Source: a virus (taxonomy: Duplodnaviria; Caudoviricetes). From it: 56,562 bases of DNA. Within the stretch, counting starts at the first letter, position 1, and each line of letters starts with the position of its first letter. Location of the stretch: positions 1-56,562 of IMG/VR virus record IMGVR_UViG_3300021959_000047. One strand, given 5' to 3'. A model generated the notes under the pieces. The model did no database searches. It was not told the origin of the DNA and worked only from the letters and a program-made list of their open reading frames with translations. The position numbers and the translations under genes were made by a program. This document shows positions 55,010 through 56,562 of the stretch, piece after piece.

Positions 55010-56562
55010 GCCAATTCGGACCAATCTTTGCCTCTAATAAAAGTGGTACATTGAAATCCAGTTTCCACTTCTTATTCACAATAGAAAGCAGTCTGTCGTT
55101 GGCTGCATTTATTATCCGTAATACTTTATCCTTCTCATTTGGGTGCACATCAATCACGATGGAGTCGTGTACGGTATTGACGATGCACGATTGCATTTGG
55201 TTTACCCCTAATAACTTGTCGATGTATATCAGAGATATGGGTACAATGTCAGCCGTGGCAAACGATTGTACAGGAAAGTTTTTAATCTGTGTGAAAAAGG
55301 TCACAGTACCATTAGCACGACGAGTGACATCAGGGAAAGAGAACTCACGACCTGATGGTGTCTTGATCTTACCCGTAGCCAGAGCCTCACGTGCAAGCTC
55401 TTTGTGCCACTTGCCTATACCTGAGTACTTCTTAGTGAACTGCTCGTAATACGCAGCCTCTGCAGGTGTACGACCAAACCCACTGGCACCATACAACGGT
55501 GCGAATGTGTGTGCCTTGGCTTCCTGACGTGACATGTTCTGCCCTGCATCAGTGATAACCTTTGCGGTGTATGAGTGTACATCAAAGCCCGTGGTCACCT
55601 CGTCAATAGCAGTCCTGTCCTGCGATAAGAATGCAGCAACACGAAATTCTAACTGCGCAAAGTCTGCTTCCATGATCTCACCGCCATTCCAACGTGATTT
55701 GAACACACGTTTAACTGGGAACGTACCACCACGTGGCATGTTCTGCATGTTGGGATCGGCACCAGACAGTCGGCCTGTGGCAGTGCGGTGTTGCAGTAAC
55801 CTGACGTGCAGCTTACCATCTTGTTTTACGTGAGTTGATATACCTTCCACAAAGCTTGAGAGATATGTGTCAACGGCAGACAAACGGCGTACTCGTTGTA
55901 AGAACAACACTGCGTCTTGCATATCACGTTGTCGAGCCACACCTTCAAGGTACTCAAGTTTATCTTTACTTGTGGCGAAACCGTTAGCTGAGGTCCATTT
56001 TGCTGTAGGTGCATTGAACTTTAATCCAGCGACCGAACTACGGATGTCCATAAAGACATAGCCAGTAGCATTACAAGTAATACATTTATTGGGTTTAGCA
56101 TATTGTGTTCCATCCTTCTTTGTTTTGTAGGTCTTGCCAGTGCCATTGCAAGTAGTGCACTGCTTTGCCTTTTGCTTATACAACCTGTCACTATTGTGAC
56201 GAACTGTGCTTCTGTAATCCGTATCTGTCATACGGAAGTCATCAAATAAATCAGCCCATACTTTCTTGTCCTTTGGCTTCTTGCTGTAGATAACCCAAGA
56301 CAATTGCTCTGGACTGTTCAAATTGATTGGACGATCCCCCATAAGTTCACGTACCTGTTCCTCAAGATCAGCGACCAACTGATCACGTTCCTGTTGAAAC
56401 TCATGACGCACACTTTCAAGTGCAGCCATGTCAACGGTGAACCCACGTTGGTATATCTTTGCGAGGTGTACAGCCAACTGATTGGTTAAGTTGACCGTTG
56501 CTGCCAGTGAACTGCATTCCTCGTATGATGTCTGCAAACGAAGGTACAGTTGCTGAGTAGCA
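54987..56562 (-). CDS. polA: DNA polymerase family A, polymerase part with DnaJ-type zinc finger
   Basis: TGRLSG..PNMQN, ADFAQLE (motif A), AKAHTFAPLYG (motif B), TVHDS (motif C); CTTCNGTG...CITCNATG insert. Confidence 0.95.
   Translation of the reverse strand, partial: ATQQLYLRLQTSYEECSSLAATVNLTNQLAVHLAKIYQRGFTVDMAALESVRHEFQQERDQLVADLEEQVRELMGDRPINLNSPEQLSWVIYSKKPKDKKVWADLFDDFRMTDTDYRSTVRHNSDRLYKQKAKQCTTCNGTGKTYKTKKDGTQYAKPNKCITCNATGYVFMDIRSSVAGLKFNAPTAKWTSANGFATSKDKLEYLEGVARQRDMQDAVLFLQRVRRLSAVDTYLSSFVEGISTHVKQDGKLHVRLLQHRTATGRLSGADPNMQNMPRGGTFPVKRVFKSRWNGGEIMEADFAQLEFRVAAFLSQDRTAIDEVTTGFDVHSYTAKVITDAGQNMSRQEAKAHTFAPLYGASGFGRTPAEAAYYEQFTKKYSGIGKWHKELAREALATGKIKTPSGREFSFPDVTRRANGTVTFFTQIKNFPVQSFATADIVPISLIYIDKLLGVNQMQSCIVNTVHDSIVIDVHPNEKDKVLRIINAANDRLLSIVNKKWKLDFNVPLLLEAKIGPNWLDTKDVS
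56409..56562. repeat. Terminal overlap, copy 2
   Basis: Matches 1-154. Confidence 0.97.

Noticed and set aside
54987-56537. Truncated or split polymerase lacking the exonuclease
   Set aside because: The exonuclease part is at 630..1 and in frame across the junction
56409-56562. Biological direct terminal repeat
   Set aside because: It falls mid-polymerase, which fits an assembly overlap; the true ends are more likely near 11.3 kb
1-56562. tRNA genes, phage RNA polymerase, DNA methyltransferase, introns/inteins, alternative genetic code
   Set aside because: None recognised by eye; core genes have normal lengths and tile the genome under the standard code. tRNAscan-SE and HMM searches would be needed to exclude them formally

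Overview
The window is an apparently complete, circularly permuted dsDNA podophage genome of about 56,408 bp. Positions 1-154 repeat 56409-56562, and the junction falls inside the DNA polymerase gene. Gene content fits the marine HMO-2011-type phages of Alphaproteobacteria (SAR116/Roseobacter): a family A DNA polymerase with a DnaJ-type zinc-finger insert, a tyrosine integrase, separate primase and helicase, and no RNA polymerase. The minus-strand arm starts near 10.87 kb, runs through the junction and ends at 48.9 kb. It carries small early genes, DUF932, integrase, primase, helicase, ThyX, polymerase, SSB, exonuclease, endonuclease I, class II RNR and MazG. The plus-strand arm (11.7-48.9 kb) carries small basic proteins, lysis genes, terminase, portal, scaffold, capsid, tail fibres and internal virion proteins. 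The two arms meet at a bidirectional terminator. The main unexplained signals are: (1) a 14-bp palindrome GTCCAACGTTGGAC clustered in the early region, both inside and between genes; (2) a highly structured 10.87-11.72 kb control region; (3) an [FYM]xxGG motif and two modules shared between virion-region proteins; (4) a u-spanin-like lysis gene; (5) candidate anti-defence or host-takeover genes. All product calls come from motif recognition by eye; no database search was run.
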